DNA of 64,000 bases. Source: Stegostoma tigrinum (Eukaryota). This document shows, one piece after another, positions 11,588 to 24,970 of this stretch. The position numbers were made by a program, and so were the translations under genes. The notes below the pieces were generated by a model. That model was not told where the DNA came from, did not search any database, and was given only the letters and a program-made list of their open reading frames with translations. Numbering within the stretch: the first letter of the stretch is position 1; every line of letters begins with the position of its first letter. The stretch lies in the NCBI RefSeq assembly GCF_030684315.1, contig NC_081355.1, positions 21,787,316 through 21,851,315 on the forward strand. Reading direction: 5' to 3'.

Positions 11588-11872
11588 TCAGTGTGCTCAT
11601 AAGTTGATTGCTTCCTGGTCTGCTGGTGCCATTTGTAGCAGCATTTCTGTTACTGTACTGCTGGTATGGCTGTTGCGGTTGCTGTTGGGGCTGGGTTTGG
11701 GATTGGGAGGGAGGTTGCTGTTGAGGTTGCATCTGTGGTGGTGTTGAGGACGGGTGAGCTTCATTTTCCACATCACTGCTGGAACTATCATCACTGCCAG
11801 AGGAACTTCCTGAATCTGAAGAACTACTACTGCTGCTCATCTGTTCAATAATATCAACTTCAGCTCTCAATT
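11588..11872 (-). CDS. EAF1: EAF1 coding exon 5 (Ser/Asp-rich activation region)
   Basis: 285 nt, ELRAEVDIIEQMSSSSSSSDSGSSSGSDD…NGTSRPGSNQLMSTL; AG/GT boundaries; phase 1-1. Confidence 0.95.
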
Positions 11873-13909
11873 CTAGAAGGACAGGGGAGAAAATTAACAA
11901 CACAGAACATAAGCTCTAAATTCACTAGCTTTCTTTCAAGAAATGTGGCTATTCCTTTCTTAACATTTATTTCTGCAAACATTTTTTCTCTGTAGAGGAT
12001 GGAACGCAGTAAAAGAAAATAAAGGCAACAATATGAAACTATATTAATGATCAAATTCTTTTGAAAATCTGTCCTTTTTCCCTTTCAACGCCTCACACCT
12101 TAGAGCACCATACTGCTAAAATCCATAAACCGTAGCTTTATCAACATTAGCTAATTCTGATTGATTGTAGAGTAAATAGAACAAGACCATACACTTTCGT
12201 GAAGAAAAAGTGCTCTGTGGTTGTTAAGAGCTATCAACGGGAGGAAAAAGAAAATATCCATTTGTGAAAATAAATTGAGACTCAAACATACACACAGCTA
12301 TTTCTTTACCTTCTTTTTGAGAATAAAGGGATTCGATATTTCTAGTATCACAAAAACATGTGCAGATCAACAGATAAACTGAACCCAAGACTTCATTTGT
12401 AGGTGACAATGCATAATGATGACAATTGCAAATTATGTAAGAGAAATAACGCAAGTTTAAAAAAAGCTCCATCATCACATGAAGAAATGGTCACACTTGA
12501 AGGTCAATGTCCCATGAATATAGTATTAACTTAAATCTTATTGTAGTGCAAACAAGGTGCTATCATGTTGACACAAAGGTAGTAGCGATACGGCTCATTT
12601 CCCCCCCCCAAAAAAAGTCTAGAGATTAGGTCATTCAAAAAATTTAACATTTTTTATTCTAAAGCTTTTATTTATTAAAAATATTAAGTGATGTAGAAGC
12701 AAGTTTAGTAAATGGAGTTCAGATGCAGATCAGCCACAAAGTTTTGATACACGCAAAACTGTGTATATACACTGCAGAAACAGTGTGAGGAACAGTGAAA
12801 GAAGAAAAAGTTGGCTAGTATTTGCTTTTCAATCTAGAGAGGTCTAAATGGTATTATACTGCTAGGTGGTGATTGAGTCAGAGTTTAAGAGATCGGAAAG
12901 ATGCTTCTCATGCAGTACTTGCTCCTTTTAATGGGCAATCCAGAAATCACTGTCTGTCTAATTCTCCCTCTCAAGAACCACATATCTCACTCAGTTTTAA
13001 ATGGCTACTGCCATCTTTTGAGAAAGAAAAGTCTGCCTCAGCTACTTTCTACAGTAAAAACAGGGCAAACTCTCACAACTCTTGCTTCATTCAGTGATAA
13101 TTTTTATTAATTACCCCTCATTACAGGATATTGTCAAACTTCTTCATAAAGTAAAAAACCGACTAAAATCTATACTTCTTCAACTCTGTCCTAAAAGCAG
13201 CTGTCCAGGTATTTCCCCATCACTTTGACTTCTCGTTCTTGGTTTCATCTTGGTAGATCCATACAGCATGCCTCTTTGGCACCAATACCTTAATATATTA
13301 GGGTCCAAAAAATTGTACAGTGTCGAACTACAGCTCAACCAATGACCTGTAACCATTTATCCTTAATGCTATGTCCCAATTTATAAAACTCAAAAAGTGA
13401 TACCAATCTGTTCAACTACCATTTTCTTATATTTGTACAAAGAAACTATTGAAAGATATGTTTTTTAAACTAAACACACTTCTCCAGTATAACGTGTATC
13501 AGCCAAATGCCAGCCTCACTTAACCTAACCAAGAGCTCTTTAAGTTTTTGACAACTGCCTCCCTTCCCACCAAACTCTTTACTTGTATTGATCTAAGGGA
13601 CACATTACTTTTAAGGCTTCTGGTATCGCATGCACTCCTAGTAACCCGCACTTTGTTTATTCTTAGTCAATCGATTTTCTGTCAATGCTGGTTAACTCCA
13701 TCTACGTCAATTTTGAAATTTTGCAAGAAGTCACTTACAAATTACCTCATCAATTGCCACTTGAAATTTCTTCAGTATAGTCATTATATCCCACATATCC
13801 AAGATGGTCACTTCTCTAATTTTTTTTAAATACATACATACGAAGGACCTAAACCATTGTCTGTCAAAATCTAATGATGACCCAGGAATAGGAAAATAAG
13901 TTTATCAAA

Positions 13910-14270
13910 TTTAGAACCAGAGTAGGCCCTTTGGCCCTTCAAGCCTGCTCCACCATTCATCAAGATCATGGCTGATCTGCCCCAAGCCTCAATTCCTCTC
14001 TTGTGCCAGCTTATCATAGTCCTCCACTCCCCAACATTTCAAAAATCTAACTACCTCCTCTTTAAATACTTTTATTGATTATAGCCTCCACAACTGTCTG
14101 GAATTTCAAAACCTTCACTACCTCCTGCGAGAATAAAGTCCATCACATCTCAGTTTTCAACAAGTGCAACCTTATTCAGTAACTACGTCCCCCAGTTCAA
14201 AATTTCCCCACTACAAGAAACATATCCTCAACATCTACTCTTTCACAGTGTCCCTCTAAACTGTCTAAGT
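13910..14270 (-). mobile_element. CR1 LINE 3' end, degenerate
   Basis: Starts with the typical tail GTAGGCCCTTTGGCCCTTCAAGCCTGCTCCACCATTC…ATCATGGCTGATC, also seen at 17055 and 45860. Confidence 0.7.
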
Positions 14271-14399
14271 TTATGCTCTCACAGTCAGCATACAATACAC
14301 TGACTTTTAGTTCCAGATGCCACAGCCACACAATGACCTGCAATGTTCACGCCATAGGAAACAAAAGACAGGGGACACTGCTTATTAAGCCCACTCAGA

Positions 14400-14595
14400 A
14401 TGGTGCACATGTTGAACCAGATGGGTTTTCTTTTGTAAATGACAAACAAAAATGGTCATCATTAGATTTTTAATTCCAGATTTTGTACCGTATTCAAATT
14501 CCAACATCTGCCATGGTGTGATTTAAATATCCAGGTCCTCAGACCATTAGGTGGGTCCCTAGATGACTAGTGCAGAAACAATACCGCCATACCAT
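14400..14595 (-). mobile_element. tRNA-derived SINE fragment (family of 41555-41920)
   Basis: Contains ATTCAAATTCCAACATCTGCCATGG, the reverse complement of the 41620-41650 motif. Confidence 0.6.
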
Positions 14596-14830
14596 TTCCT
14601 CGTTGTCTTTTGTCAATTTTGAAAATACTGTAAACAACTACAGGAAGTCAAACAAATAAACAGGCAAAGCATACAGATAAACTGTAGAGCAATATATGGT
14701 TTTGGAAAAGGAGGAGGACAGAAAATACAGACTAAATAGTAAGAGGTTGCTGGGGTTTGATTCATCAAGTGGCTTTTCCTGCTTTTAAAAGTGTCATGTT
14801 TCCATTTACACAGATTTTTCGTTGGTATAC

Positions 14831-14997
14831 CTCTTTTTATGTCATCCAGTTGTGGTTCAGGTGATGGGTTGTCCTTTGTTGGAGATGTTTTTGGTCCAGG
14901 ACATGGCTTATTTGGTGCTCTAAACTGAGAGGAAGGCTGAGATCTTCGCACTGCCTGTGATTCCAGTTGAGCCTGGATTTTACTGCTCCCTTCAGCT
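14831..14997 (-). CDS. EAF1: EAF1 coding exon 4
   Basis: 167 nt, AEGSSKIQAQLESQAVRRSQPSSQFRAPNKPCPGPKTSPTKDNPSPEPQLDDIKR; TTTCAG/GTATAC boundaries. Confidence 0.95.
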
Positions 14998-15966
14998 CTG
15001 AAACAATAATTTGTAATCGAACATCAAGGGAGAGTCAGCGATGAATCATTTCATAGGAATAAGAAACTATATAACATTATCAATGCAAAAATTTCCTTAA
15101 AATTACACTGTTAAAGTCTAGAAAAAGAAAATCTCGATGAAGAAAAGTGTCCTCACTTCTTATATATTATGCTTCCATCTTGTGAAGATACTATCACTGG
15201 ATGGGACATAGCTTCATAGTAGCCATTTTTATCTCTGAGCTTATGCACTTGAGTGCCAGGAGACCAAGTAGTTCTGAAAGTCTTAACACAAAGACTGCTT
15301 GTTTCATCACCCAATGTTCACAAATCAATATTTTCCAAGAATAACTCAAGAGTGGTGTTCAGCAATAAAACAAGTACTTCCATGTGAAAACCCTGCCTCC
15401 CCCCCACAACCAGGCACGAGAAAGCTTTTCTGGCATCATTTCTGTAAGATTTCCCAGGATAAAACTATATTTTAAAAGGTTAGAATAAAAACACTGATAG
15501 TATACAAGGAAGAAATTTTAACCAGAGGAGATTTCAGGATTTGTATGAATATTGAAGGGTATAACATTGTCAAGACTCAAAATGCTACAAATCAGGCCGC
15601 TGCAGGTATATATGATTTATAATTTTGAGGAGGTGATCACCAGCCAATTGTTTCAACAAGTACTTAAGAACAAAAGGTTAATGTTAGGAGAATATAAAAA
15701 AATTTAAGAGTTTGGGGATTGAGTAGAGGAACAAGAATAATTTTTGAGAGTTGGCAGAGGCACAATTTGTTCAATGGGCTATTTCTCTTCAATAAAATTC
15801 AATGATTAAATATTTACTACACTGTTGATATATTTAGACTATGACTTTTTATACAACGTAAAATCAGACAAAAAATTAACAAGCCACTGCACAGTATGGT
15901 CGGAAATGCTATAGAAAAGTTACAAAAATATATTTTAAAAGCATTTGAATAATTATGTATCTTTAC

Positions 15967-16103
15967 CTGGTTTTCTTCACCTGTATACTGCTACTGAGCT
16001 TTTCAAGCACAAACTCCCCAGTATCATGGTTAATAATAAGTACGCAGTCCTTCTGATATGGTCTTTTATTACCTTTGAAGACAGTCATTGGTGGAGTAGA
16101 CCC
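15967..16103 (-). CDS. EAF1: EAF1 coding exon 3
   Basis: 137 nt, [45 protein letters not shown]; CACCAG/GTAAAG boundaries. Confidence 0.96.
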
Positions 16104-17039
16104 CTGGTGACCAAGAAACATGATATTATTGCTTTACCTTGTTTCGACTGGTGTCAAGAATTCAAACTGGCAAAACAATACCACAGTAGTCATTAACTAT
16201 TCTACCATATTTCAGCAAAGCTCCTGTGTAATTATTCACACAGCAAATACGACATACAAGGAAAGGTAAAGACAAATATTAAAAGTTGATTTCAGCAAGT
16301 GTATTCCTGAAAATATCAACTTTTTTTCGTATTGAATTATCCAATTATCTAAATCAACTAATGCCAATAACAAAGTTAGAACTTAATCCAATAAAATGAC
16401 AATTTTTTGTTCCCTAATTGAAATGAAGAGTATACTGCACTGATTCTCAAAATTACTGTCTCTTCAGTACTTAAATATAGTGGGATGAAATATTTGCTGG
16501 TTGGGGTGGGTGACAAGTCTTGCTAAAGTAACAATAAGAATTAAGCACTTACTTCAAATCAAATAGATTTGCACAAAACGACATTAATGACACTGATTAT
16601 TAAGGTTTACGGTAAATAACAAAATACATGTGACATACTGGAATTACTTTCTTCACAAAATTTCACTCATCATACAGTAATATAACTTGTCAATGTTCAA
16701 GAATCACTTTCACTAAACATTCAGGATGCTGATTCAAGATGTGATGAGACCACAGATCCCCACTTGTTAAATTCTCGATTTCAATTTCAATTCTCAATTT
16801 GTCAGTTGCTAAGTGGAGGCTATGCATTTCCCCAATTCAGGTGATAGATCTGTTAGTTTCTGAATGAACATTCACACCATAGTTCTAGTAGTCCTCTAAT
16901 TTTCTCCTTGAAATTGTTATTACCAAAGCATCCCATCTTTAACAGCTATGAAGCATTATGCTAAATCCAAACTTTAGTTGCATAACACAATCAAGAAATT
17001 AAATGCTCAGAAAAAAATCTCCTTAGGTGACCTGAGGCC

Positions 17040-17610
17040 ATAGAAAAAGAGAATTGGAGCAAGAATATGCCATTCAGCTCTATACGCTTACTTCTCTATT
17101 CAATATGATCATGGCTGATCATCCAGCTCAGTGCCATATTTCCACTTTCTCCCCATTTTCTTTGATTTCTTTAGCCCAAAGAATTATGTCAAACTCCTTC
17201 TTGAGAACATATGATGTTTTGGCCTTGGCTGCTTTCAGTGGCGGAGAATTCCAAAGATTCACCACCCTGAACAAATTTTGCTGCATCTAAGCAGTAAATG
17301 ACTAAGTAGTATTAGACTCCCCTGTCATCAGGAACTTCCTGCATTTACCTGGTCTAGTCCTGCTAAAATGTAATGGATTTCTAGAAGAATTCCTCCCTCT
17401 CCGGTTTAGTGGATATAGTCCTAACCAAATCATTCTCCATTCATATGTCAGTTTTGCCAATCCAGGAATCAATCTGATCGATTTTCATTGTACTCCATCC
17501 ATAGCCAGAACATCCTTTCTCAAAAAAAAGAGACCAATACTGCACACAATACCCAGCTGTGTGTCCTTCAAGGGCCTGTAAGATTTCAGTAAAACATCCC
17601 TGCTACTGTG
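17040..17610 (-). mobile_element. CR1 LINE 3' fragment
   Basis: CR1 tail motif and degenerate RT C-terminus (GAGACCAATACTGCACACAATAC = reverse complement of the YCVQFWSP region). Confidence 0.7.
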
Positions 17611-17616
17611 CTCAAA

Positions 17617-17973
17617 TCATAGAATCCCTACAGCGTGGAAACAGGCCATTCGGCAAAACAAGTCGACACTGCCCTACAGAAGAACATCCCACCCAGACCC
17701 ACCCCCTACCCATTCCTGGTAACCCTACATTTCCCATGTCTAATCCAGTTAAGTTACACACCCCTGGACATGACGGGCAACTTAGCACGGCCAATCCACC
17801 TAACCTGCACATTTTTGGAGTGTGGGAGGAAACCGGAGCACCCGGAAGAAACCTATGCAGACACGGGGAGAAAGTGCAAACTCCACGGAAATAGTCACCT
17901 GAGGGTGGAATCGAACCCGGGTTCCTGGTGCTGTGAGGCAGCAGTGCTAACCATTGAGCCACCGTGCTACCCC
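17617..17973 (-). mobile_element. Full-length tRNA-derived SINE with CR1-type tail (HE1-like shark SINE)
   Basis: Minus strand reads GCACGGTGGCTCAATGGTTAGCACTGCTGCCTCACAGCACCAGGAACCCGGGTTCGATTCC (A and B boxes), then a conserved core and a CR1 3' tail (GGCCTGTTTCCACGCTGTAGGGATTCTATGA). Confidence 0.88.
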
Positions 17974-18948
17974 TAAGTGCTATCAAATTTCTTCTTCAAA
18001 CGCCAGAAGCTTTGCAATTCAAAAATCACACAAATGAAGGCATCCTATGTGGCTCAAGTTGAAACTTCCCCTATTTTTATTGGTTGTGGTGTTGCACCTC
18101 CTGGCTGCTAAACAGTTTAAATTTTGAATTATTAAAGACAGAACTAAGCTTCAAACAATTAATCCTGTGTCAAAATAATTTCAGCTCCAATTAGAATTAA
18201 CTGCTTCTGCTATACCTCATGAACACTCCCGAGAGGCCTATCAATATTTTTGCAATTTCTCCAGAAACATCTTCATTACATACCAAGTTCCACTCACCAC
18301 AATTTCAACTTTTTCAGGCGCCAGTACCCACAAACTGTCCTGCTCTTAACTTTGCTTGCTCATGGCCCCATTTTTGCCAGTTTCCATTGGCTCCCTGTTT
18401 CCTAAATTATGATCCTTCCTTATAAATACTTTGATGGCTTTGCTCCACACGAGCTCTGTAACTGGCAATCCCATTGTATTTGCATTTATACTGATTTTTT
18501 CAAACTTAGGAAAACATTTTAAAGCTGTTTCACAGGCAATGTTAGAAGTGGCAACAAGGAGATCTATTACTTTGACAGAATTTTGAAGAATATTTTTAAA
18601 AGGAGAGAAAAGAAGCAAGGTAGGGAGGCACTAACCCATATGTACAGTGACATACTTGATTCACCTTTCTCAATTTCTCGTTTGTGTGGCATACAGCCTG
18701 AACTTGAAAAACAACTCAAGATATTGAAAGACAACTTTCTCCCAAATAACCTGTCCAAAAATGACCTTCTGAAGGAAGCCTTACTACAATTTCAGTGAGG
18801 GTAGGGATTCTACTGAAATAACAAGCCAAAGGAAGGATCTGGTACACTTGCACATTAATTTTCTTTTTCCCTGCAATTTGAAAAGAAATCAAAAACCAAG
18901 AGAGGATGTTTGACATATTAAGATTCAAAAAAGATCAAATTAAAATGT

Positions 18949-19046
18949 GTTCTGAAGAAGGGTCACTGGATCTGAAATGTTGACTCTGCTTTCTCTCCAG
19001 ATGCTGCTAGACCTGCTAAGTTTCTCCAGCAATTTTTGATTTTATT
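18949..19046 (+). mobile_element. Older PLE-type terminus (family 3) with degenerate hammerhead
   Basis: TTCTGAAGAAGGGTCACTGGATCTGAAATGTTGACTCTG…AGATGCTGCTAGACCTGCT…TCCAGCAA; related copies at ~23757, 33485, 37300, 49150, 50030, 58630, 58845 and 63505. Confidence 0.7.
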
Positions 19047-19300
19047 CAATATAAATGTTGCCTTGGACACCTGACTTGACAGTATTCTTGTTGAAGCTGC
19101 AGATCATGAATCTGGACTTTGTTACAGTCTCTTAAAATTGGTACAGTCAAAAAGGAGTTGGAAGGATTAGGTGCTGGAGGAATCAATAAGTGAGCTGTGT
19201 TTTGATAAATATTATTTGATTTACAAAACCTATTAAGAGATTAAACAATTTCAATTAAAAAAGAATATAAACAGGATTTATGAGAAGTCTGAAAACTTAC

Positions 19301-19395
19301 TGGGATGTGTGGTAAAGTTATGGTGACTTGATCCCCTTTGCCAACCTGTAGCTCACCCTCACAAGAGGTGTCAATGGAGGCTGGTTTAAAGTCAT
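19301..19395 (-). CDS. EAF1: EAF1 coding exon 2
   Basis: 95 nt, (Y)[31 protein letters not shown]; TTCAG/GTAAGT boundaries. Confidence 0.96.
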
Positions 19396-21059
19396 CTGAA
19401 GGGAAAAAGCGCATAGATCAGATACCAAAAACAGAACATTTTAACAGACCAAATATGGTTACATCTAGCCAATAAAATCACCTCATTTGCTTTGTAGATG
19501 GTTGCTTCTTAAATTGTGCCACTACTCCTTTTTAGAAAGACTTATATAAACATTTTGCTTAGCCACTTTGACGATATTTCAGTTTAAACTCCTATAGAAA
19601 ACAGTATACACAGCACAGAACACAACAATACTCGGACGAAAATTCAAAACTCATTGAGTAATGGCCTTGCATTAAATAATTGTGACATTTTAAATATCCA
19701 CGAACTAGTAAACAACTTTAATTCTTCAAGGTTAGTTCGGAACATGGGGTTTTATTGGGATAAATTTGTTTGTAAGTGTAGCCAGTTGTGAAAACACTTT
19801 GGGCAGAGGGGCTCTATTACAAACATACAAATATGTCCTTATGAGTCATAGAATTGTACAGCATGAAGACAAACCCTTCGATCCAACTCATCCATGCCAG
19901 CCAGACATCCTAATCAATCTAGTCCCATATGGCTTGGCCAGCATTTGGCTTGTAGCCCTCCAAACCCTTCCTATGCACATACCAGATGCCTTTTAAATGT
20001 TGTAACAGTACCAGTCTTCAAAGGGATTTGCAGTACAAGGCAGACTTGTGGTGCAACGAAAATACAATAGTTAGACGAAATGAAGGCAAAGTTGGAGTAC
20101 TAGGGAAATAAGTTTTGGTGGGCTCTCCATCAATTATATTCACATTTATTTGCACTCTCCTACTTTTTGTATATGAAGATGGGCAATGAGTATCTACAAA
20201 CAATGAGCATCTATAAACACACATAGCCCTGTCATCACCCAGCTTTCCGTATACACCATTTGTCTATCAATGTCATTCAACAGCAATTGCAAACAACGTT
20301 CCCAGTCGATTTAGGACTAAGAGGGTCCTCAACACCTTTGAAATTAAGGTCCAACAGGTAGCCAATGCATCAGTATAGGAAAGGAATGTAGAAAATAGGG
20401 AGAAAAAACAAGAGCTCCAGTGCTCAGACAAATCAAGCCTGCACAAGATAGGTTGCAACTAAGGTGGAAAACACACTCAATCAGTCTGAAATACAGTCTA
20501 CAATGCTCCCTGTAAGATAGATCATGAGAAACACTTACGGTAGAAGAATTACTGCAGTGTTCTGGCCAGATATTAGCATACTACGAACATAGGTCAGGAG
20601 TATGCCATTCAGCCTTGAGTTTACTCTCTGTCATTGAAACAAATCATCTGTTTCAATCTCTACTTAACCAATTATATTCCCTAAACCAAGATTACTAATA
20701 TATTAACCTCGGTCTAAAATTTGTACATTGTACTTTGAAAGGAAGACTTTCAAATTTCTGCAACTTTTTTAAAGAAAGACTTCTAATTTCTATTCCAAAA
20801 ATCCTTAGTCATAATTTTAAGATTGTAAATTTTACACTGAACGAGTTCCAAGAAAAGAAAACTTTGCGGTAACCACCCAATCAACACCCTAATAAACACA
20901 ATCAATCAGATCAATGTTGGCCATGGCTCAGTAATCATTTGTGGAAGACTGCGCTCAAGCCAACAGAGCACAAATTTAGACTGGCAGTTCAATGTAGTAT
21001 TTAAAAAACGTGTGTTATATTTTATGTTTAATATTTACAATTCTATCTGTCAGCTGGGG

Positions 21060-22200
21060 ACTTGAAACTGCATGCATCTCAGGTAGATGGCAGGAAGCAG
21101 ATGGTAATGATCAAAGGGTATTTTTCTGACTGGAAGCCCACGTCCTGTGGAGTACCACATGGTCCAGTTCTGGACCCTGTTATTTGTTGTGTATATTAAT
21201 GATCTAGACATGAATCTAGGAGGTATGATCAGTAAATTCACAGATGAAACAAAATTGGTGGTGTGGCAAATCGTGAGGAGCTTAGGCTACGTAGTCAGGC
21301 TGGTCCGATGGTCTTGACAATGGAAAATTCGTTCTTGAAAAGTATGAGGTGATGCATTTTGGGAGAACTAACAAGGCAAGCACGTACATGTCAAATGGTA
21401 GGACTCAAGGAAAAACAGAGGACCCAAGGGACCATGATGTGCATGTCCATTGCTTCTTGAAGGCAGCAGGACAGTGGATATGCTGGGTAAGAAGGTACAT
21501 GGACTATTTGCCTCTATTGGTCAAGGCACTGAATACAAGGCCATGTAGGTTATGATGAAGCTGTAAATAACATTTGTTAGGGCACAGCTGGAATACTTTG
21601 TGCAGTTCTGGTCACCATACTATAGGAAGGATGTGACTGTACTGGAAGAGAACAGTTTCAACTGAACAGGAGCGAAACTGCTGGAAAGCGACAAGATATA
21701 ATAGAGATAAGAGCTCTGAAGAAGGGTCTAGGCCCGGAACGTCAGCTTTTGTGCTCCTGAGATGCTGCTTGGCCTGCTGCGTTCATCCAGCTACACACTT
21801 TGTTATCTAAGCTATAAGAGAATTGTTTTGCTTACAGCAAAGAGGGCCGCGATTGAGGTATATAAGCTTAAGTTTGATAGACATATCGGTAGTTAGACAG
21901 AAACCTTTCCCCGTACAGGAGTCAATAATCAGGGAGCACAATTCTAAGATAGGGAAAAAGAGAGGTTTAGAGGGGATTTCAGGGATTATTTTATCCCCCA
22001 GGAGGTCGAGGGTATCTCGAATTCTCTGCGGGAACTCCGAAGGCATTAAAGGACTATTCAGATGAATACTTGAAAGGCTATAGCATACAAGGTATGGGCC
22101 AAGAGCTGGAAAATGGAATTAGAACAGACGTTCGATCGCCGGCACAGACGTGATGGGGCGAAGGACCTTTTCCGTGTTGTATAAACTCTATCTCCGGTGC
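21060..22200 (+). mobile_element. CR1 LINE 3' ~1.1 kb, degenerate, interrupted by a PLE terminus at ~21712-21807
   Basis: RT C-terminal remnants (MHFGRTNK; YFVQFWSPYYRKD) and CR1 tail. The inserted PLE terminus has CTGAAGA…GGAAC (mutated GAAA box). Confidence 0.8.
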
Positions 22201-22871
22201 TATAATGAAGAACAGGGAGAAGCCACAATATTTTATCCCACGACAGGGGAGTCACAAAAAAACTGAAAAGCAGAATACTGCGGATGCTCGATGTTATTAC
22301 ATTGCCAACGATGAGATATTGCTGTGTGCGCTAGTTTGCCGGATTTGTAGCCCTGCAAAGCGCTTTGGGACATCCCGAGGCCGTGGGAAGCGCTTTAGCA
22401 AAGCAAGTCTACGCTTGGATGGCCCACCAATCGTGCAAACGTGAAATCGGGGTATCATTTACTACTTCAATCCTTGCGCGTTTACAGTTGCCGTGGGTGG
22501 GAGGGGGAAGAGAAAGAGGGAGTCAGAGGAGGCAGTGTTTTTGTTTCGGAGGGCTTCGCGGAGGGCCGGGTACAACTTTTGCGGTGAATCCCAGAGCGAC
22601 ATCGTGCCTTGAGGTCGTGGTAGGCAGCCAGGAGTTCTCAGAGCAGCCTGGTAAACACGGGAGTGAAGAGGGCCAGTTCCCTTCATTTTCGGAACCAGAA
22701 CACACTCACTCACATGCTCTCTCTCTTCCGCCCCCCTTTCTGTTTTGTTTTCCCTGCCCTATGTCACAGCCAGAGGATGCGGCCTGGAGTTGAGAGCCGG
22801 GGCGCAGGCACGCTCCCAAGGCCCGCCTCTCCGGCCTACCTTCCCGTTGCCCCCGCCTCGGCTTCACTCAC

Positions 22872-22974
22872 AGCGGATGGTGTGGAACGAGCTCTTGGGC
22901 CGTTTCTCGAAGCTCTCGCCCAGTTTGAGCACGTGCTCTTCCTTGCCCAGCGCCGGCTGCGCGGTACCATTCAT
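22872..22974 (-). CDS. EAF1: EAF1 coding exon 1
   Basis: 103 nt, [34 protein letters not shown]; GTGAGT donor. The six exons total 834 nt = 277 aa + stop, in frame. Confidence 0.96.
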
Positions 22975-23159
22975 CGCCGAACGCTTCAAACATCAATTCT
23001 TCTCCTTTTTCTCCGCCCTCCGAACCAGCCGACCTTCCTTGCGGTCTCTCTCCGCTTTCGGATGTTTCGAAAGCAAAAACGCGACCGACCGACCCGCGTG
23101 CGGCGGCCGTTAAATTCAAACAGTGATGGTGCTGAGCTCGCGAGCAGCGCCCGCGCGCA

Positions 23160-23243
23160 CCGATAGCGACGCGAGTGGAGACTGGGGACGCGATCTGTCC
23201 GCTGTGGGTCACTGGGGTACGGAGGGATGGTCCTGTCTGCTCG
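23160..23243 (+). other. METTL6: Candidate METTL6 5' UTR exon 1 (start approximate)
   Basis: Donor TCG|GTAAGA at 23243/23244 inside the CpG island; exon 2 has an acceptor 21 nt upstream of its first ATG, so an upstream exon is required. Alternative donor CAG|GTAAAT at 23446/23447. Confidence 0.5.
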
Positions 23244-23899
23244 GTAAGAAATATTCAGGCTCGGAGATTTTTTTAACCTTGACGTTTGTGTTTTGTTTTC
23301 CTGTGGGTGGGTTTGTGTCCCGCCCTGCTGCTCCGGTTGAATCAGACCCGCTCAAGTCGCGCGCCCCACAACAACGTGCATTTACATAGCGCTCTGGTTT
23401 TGGTTCGAAGTTCTTAAAATGGCTCAAGGCCTAGCGAGGGTGGCAGGTAAATGGTTTGATAAATAGTAATCTCTGCGATACGCGGACTCGTAACCGCGTC
23501 GTTGAAACCCAAGGAAGTTAGGGAGAGGGACAAAAATCCGTATAACATGTTGGAAATACTCAGCAATTCTAGCAGCTTGTGTGGAAATGGGAACCAGGAT
23601 AATTGTTTCAGCGCTGTGACCTTTGTTTAGAATGGTTCTGCTAGACCCTCTAGCGTTTATTTTAAATTTCAAATTTTCAGAATCTGTAATATTTTAGTTT
23701 TGTTTAGTGTAGTGATAATGGAAGAGCGTAACCACGAGGGAGAAGGATTTCTTAACTTCTGAAGAATGGTCACTTGGCCTGAAAGTTAACTCTGATTTCT
23801 TTCCACAGAAGCTGCCAATGCTGCTGAGTTTTTCCAGCAATTTCTGTTTTTGTTCCTGATTTCCAGTGTCTGAGTTATTTCAGTTTTTAGTTGGAAGAG

Positions 23900-24970
23900 T
23901 TTCTGAAGTGTGGTCAAGAGAATTTTCTTGATCAATGTGTGCGAGCCCAACAAAGAAAGGAGCATTCATTGTAAAATCTAGTTTTGTGGAAAATAGTTGG
24001 CCATCTAGCTCAGGGGAATGTTAAGTAGACAGTGATCAAAACAGCATGAAGTTTAAGTTATCCTTAAAAACAGGACAAGGAATGATTTAGAATAAAAGTA
24101 CTCAATAGGAGAAGAAACAGTTTTATTGGGGTGGGAATGGATTGTCCAGGTAAATTGAGTTCAAAGATTAGTAGGTGAAATTATAATGGACTGTCCGTAA
24201 AAAGAAGCTTTGGATGATGACGAGATATAGAATAAGATGAAGCAGAAAGATAATACACAAGAACCAGGTTGAATATAGAAAGTTCAGAGGAATGTGCAAA
24301 GAACATAATTGAAGCAAAGATGTGATAATCTGATAGACAGCAAAATATACATTTTTTTTATGAAAACCTTCTGTAGGAATGTCATATTAAAAGGGTGGGA
24401 AAAGGACAAATTGGCCCGATTTTATGGAGTTAAAAAGGAATCTGCATGGAGACAGGGGACTTGTTGGATGTACTAAATTAAAACTTTTCGTCAGTCTTTA
24501 TCATGTAGGAAGATGCTGCTGATGTCATATGGAAGAAGAAGTAATTGATACACCAGATGAGCTATTCTTAAAGTTGTTAAATCACCAGGACTGGAAGGGC
24601 TGCACAGGACAAGGAAGGAAATTGCAGAGGTAATGGTTGTAATCTTCCAATCACCCATTGCTACATTTGTGGTGCCAGAGAACTGCAAATGTTGCAGACT
24701 TGCTCAGACAGAATGTGAGAATAGCCCCTGTAACTAAAGGCCAATCTAACTTCTATGGTAGGGAGGCTTTTAGAAATAATAATCTGGGACGAAATTGCCT
24801 GTCATTTGGACAAGGGTGGATTAATTAAGGAACTGTTTAAGGCAAGCTATGTTCAACAAACTTGATTTAGTTTTTGGTAAAGAATGAGGTGGATACATGG
24901 TTGATAATGTGCCACACAACGGACTTGTCAGAAAAATCTACTGCCAATGCAATAACAGAAACAATGACAG
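23900..24970 (+). mobile_element. Highly degenerate CR1 ORF2 fragment
   Basis: Remnant motifs (GACAGTGATCA; GGTGCCAGAGAACTGCAAATGTT; TTTAAGGCAAG…ACAAACTTGATT). Confidence 0.55.

Larger units (their letters stand above)
22750..23520. promoter_or_regulatory. CpG island / bidirectional EAF1-METTL6 promoter
   Basis: CpG-dense region between the EAF1 start (minus) and the candidate METTL6 first exon (plus); the head-to-head pair is also known in human. Confidence 0.8.

Noticed and set aside
17880-17973. tRNA gene (also 47683-47740)
   Set aside because: The A/B boxes are SINE heads continuing into a SINE body and CR1 tail; no complete cloverleaf.
9662-22974. Assignment as EAF2
   Set aside because: Sequence ([51 protein letters not shown]) and linkage to METTL6 indicate EAF1.
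22365-23672. Multiple overlapping ORFs in the CpG island
   Set aside because: Expected in GC-rich DNA; only EAF1 exon 1 has recognisable homology.
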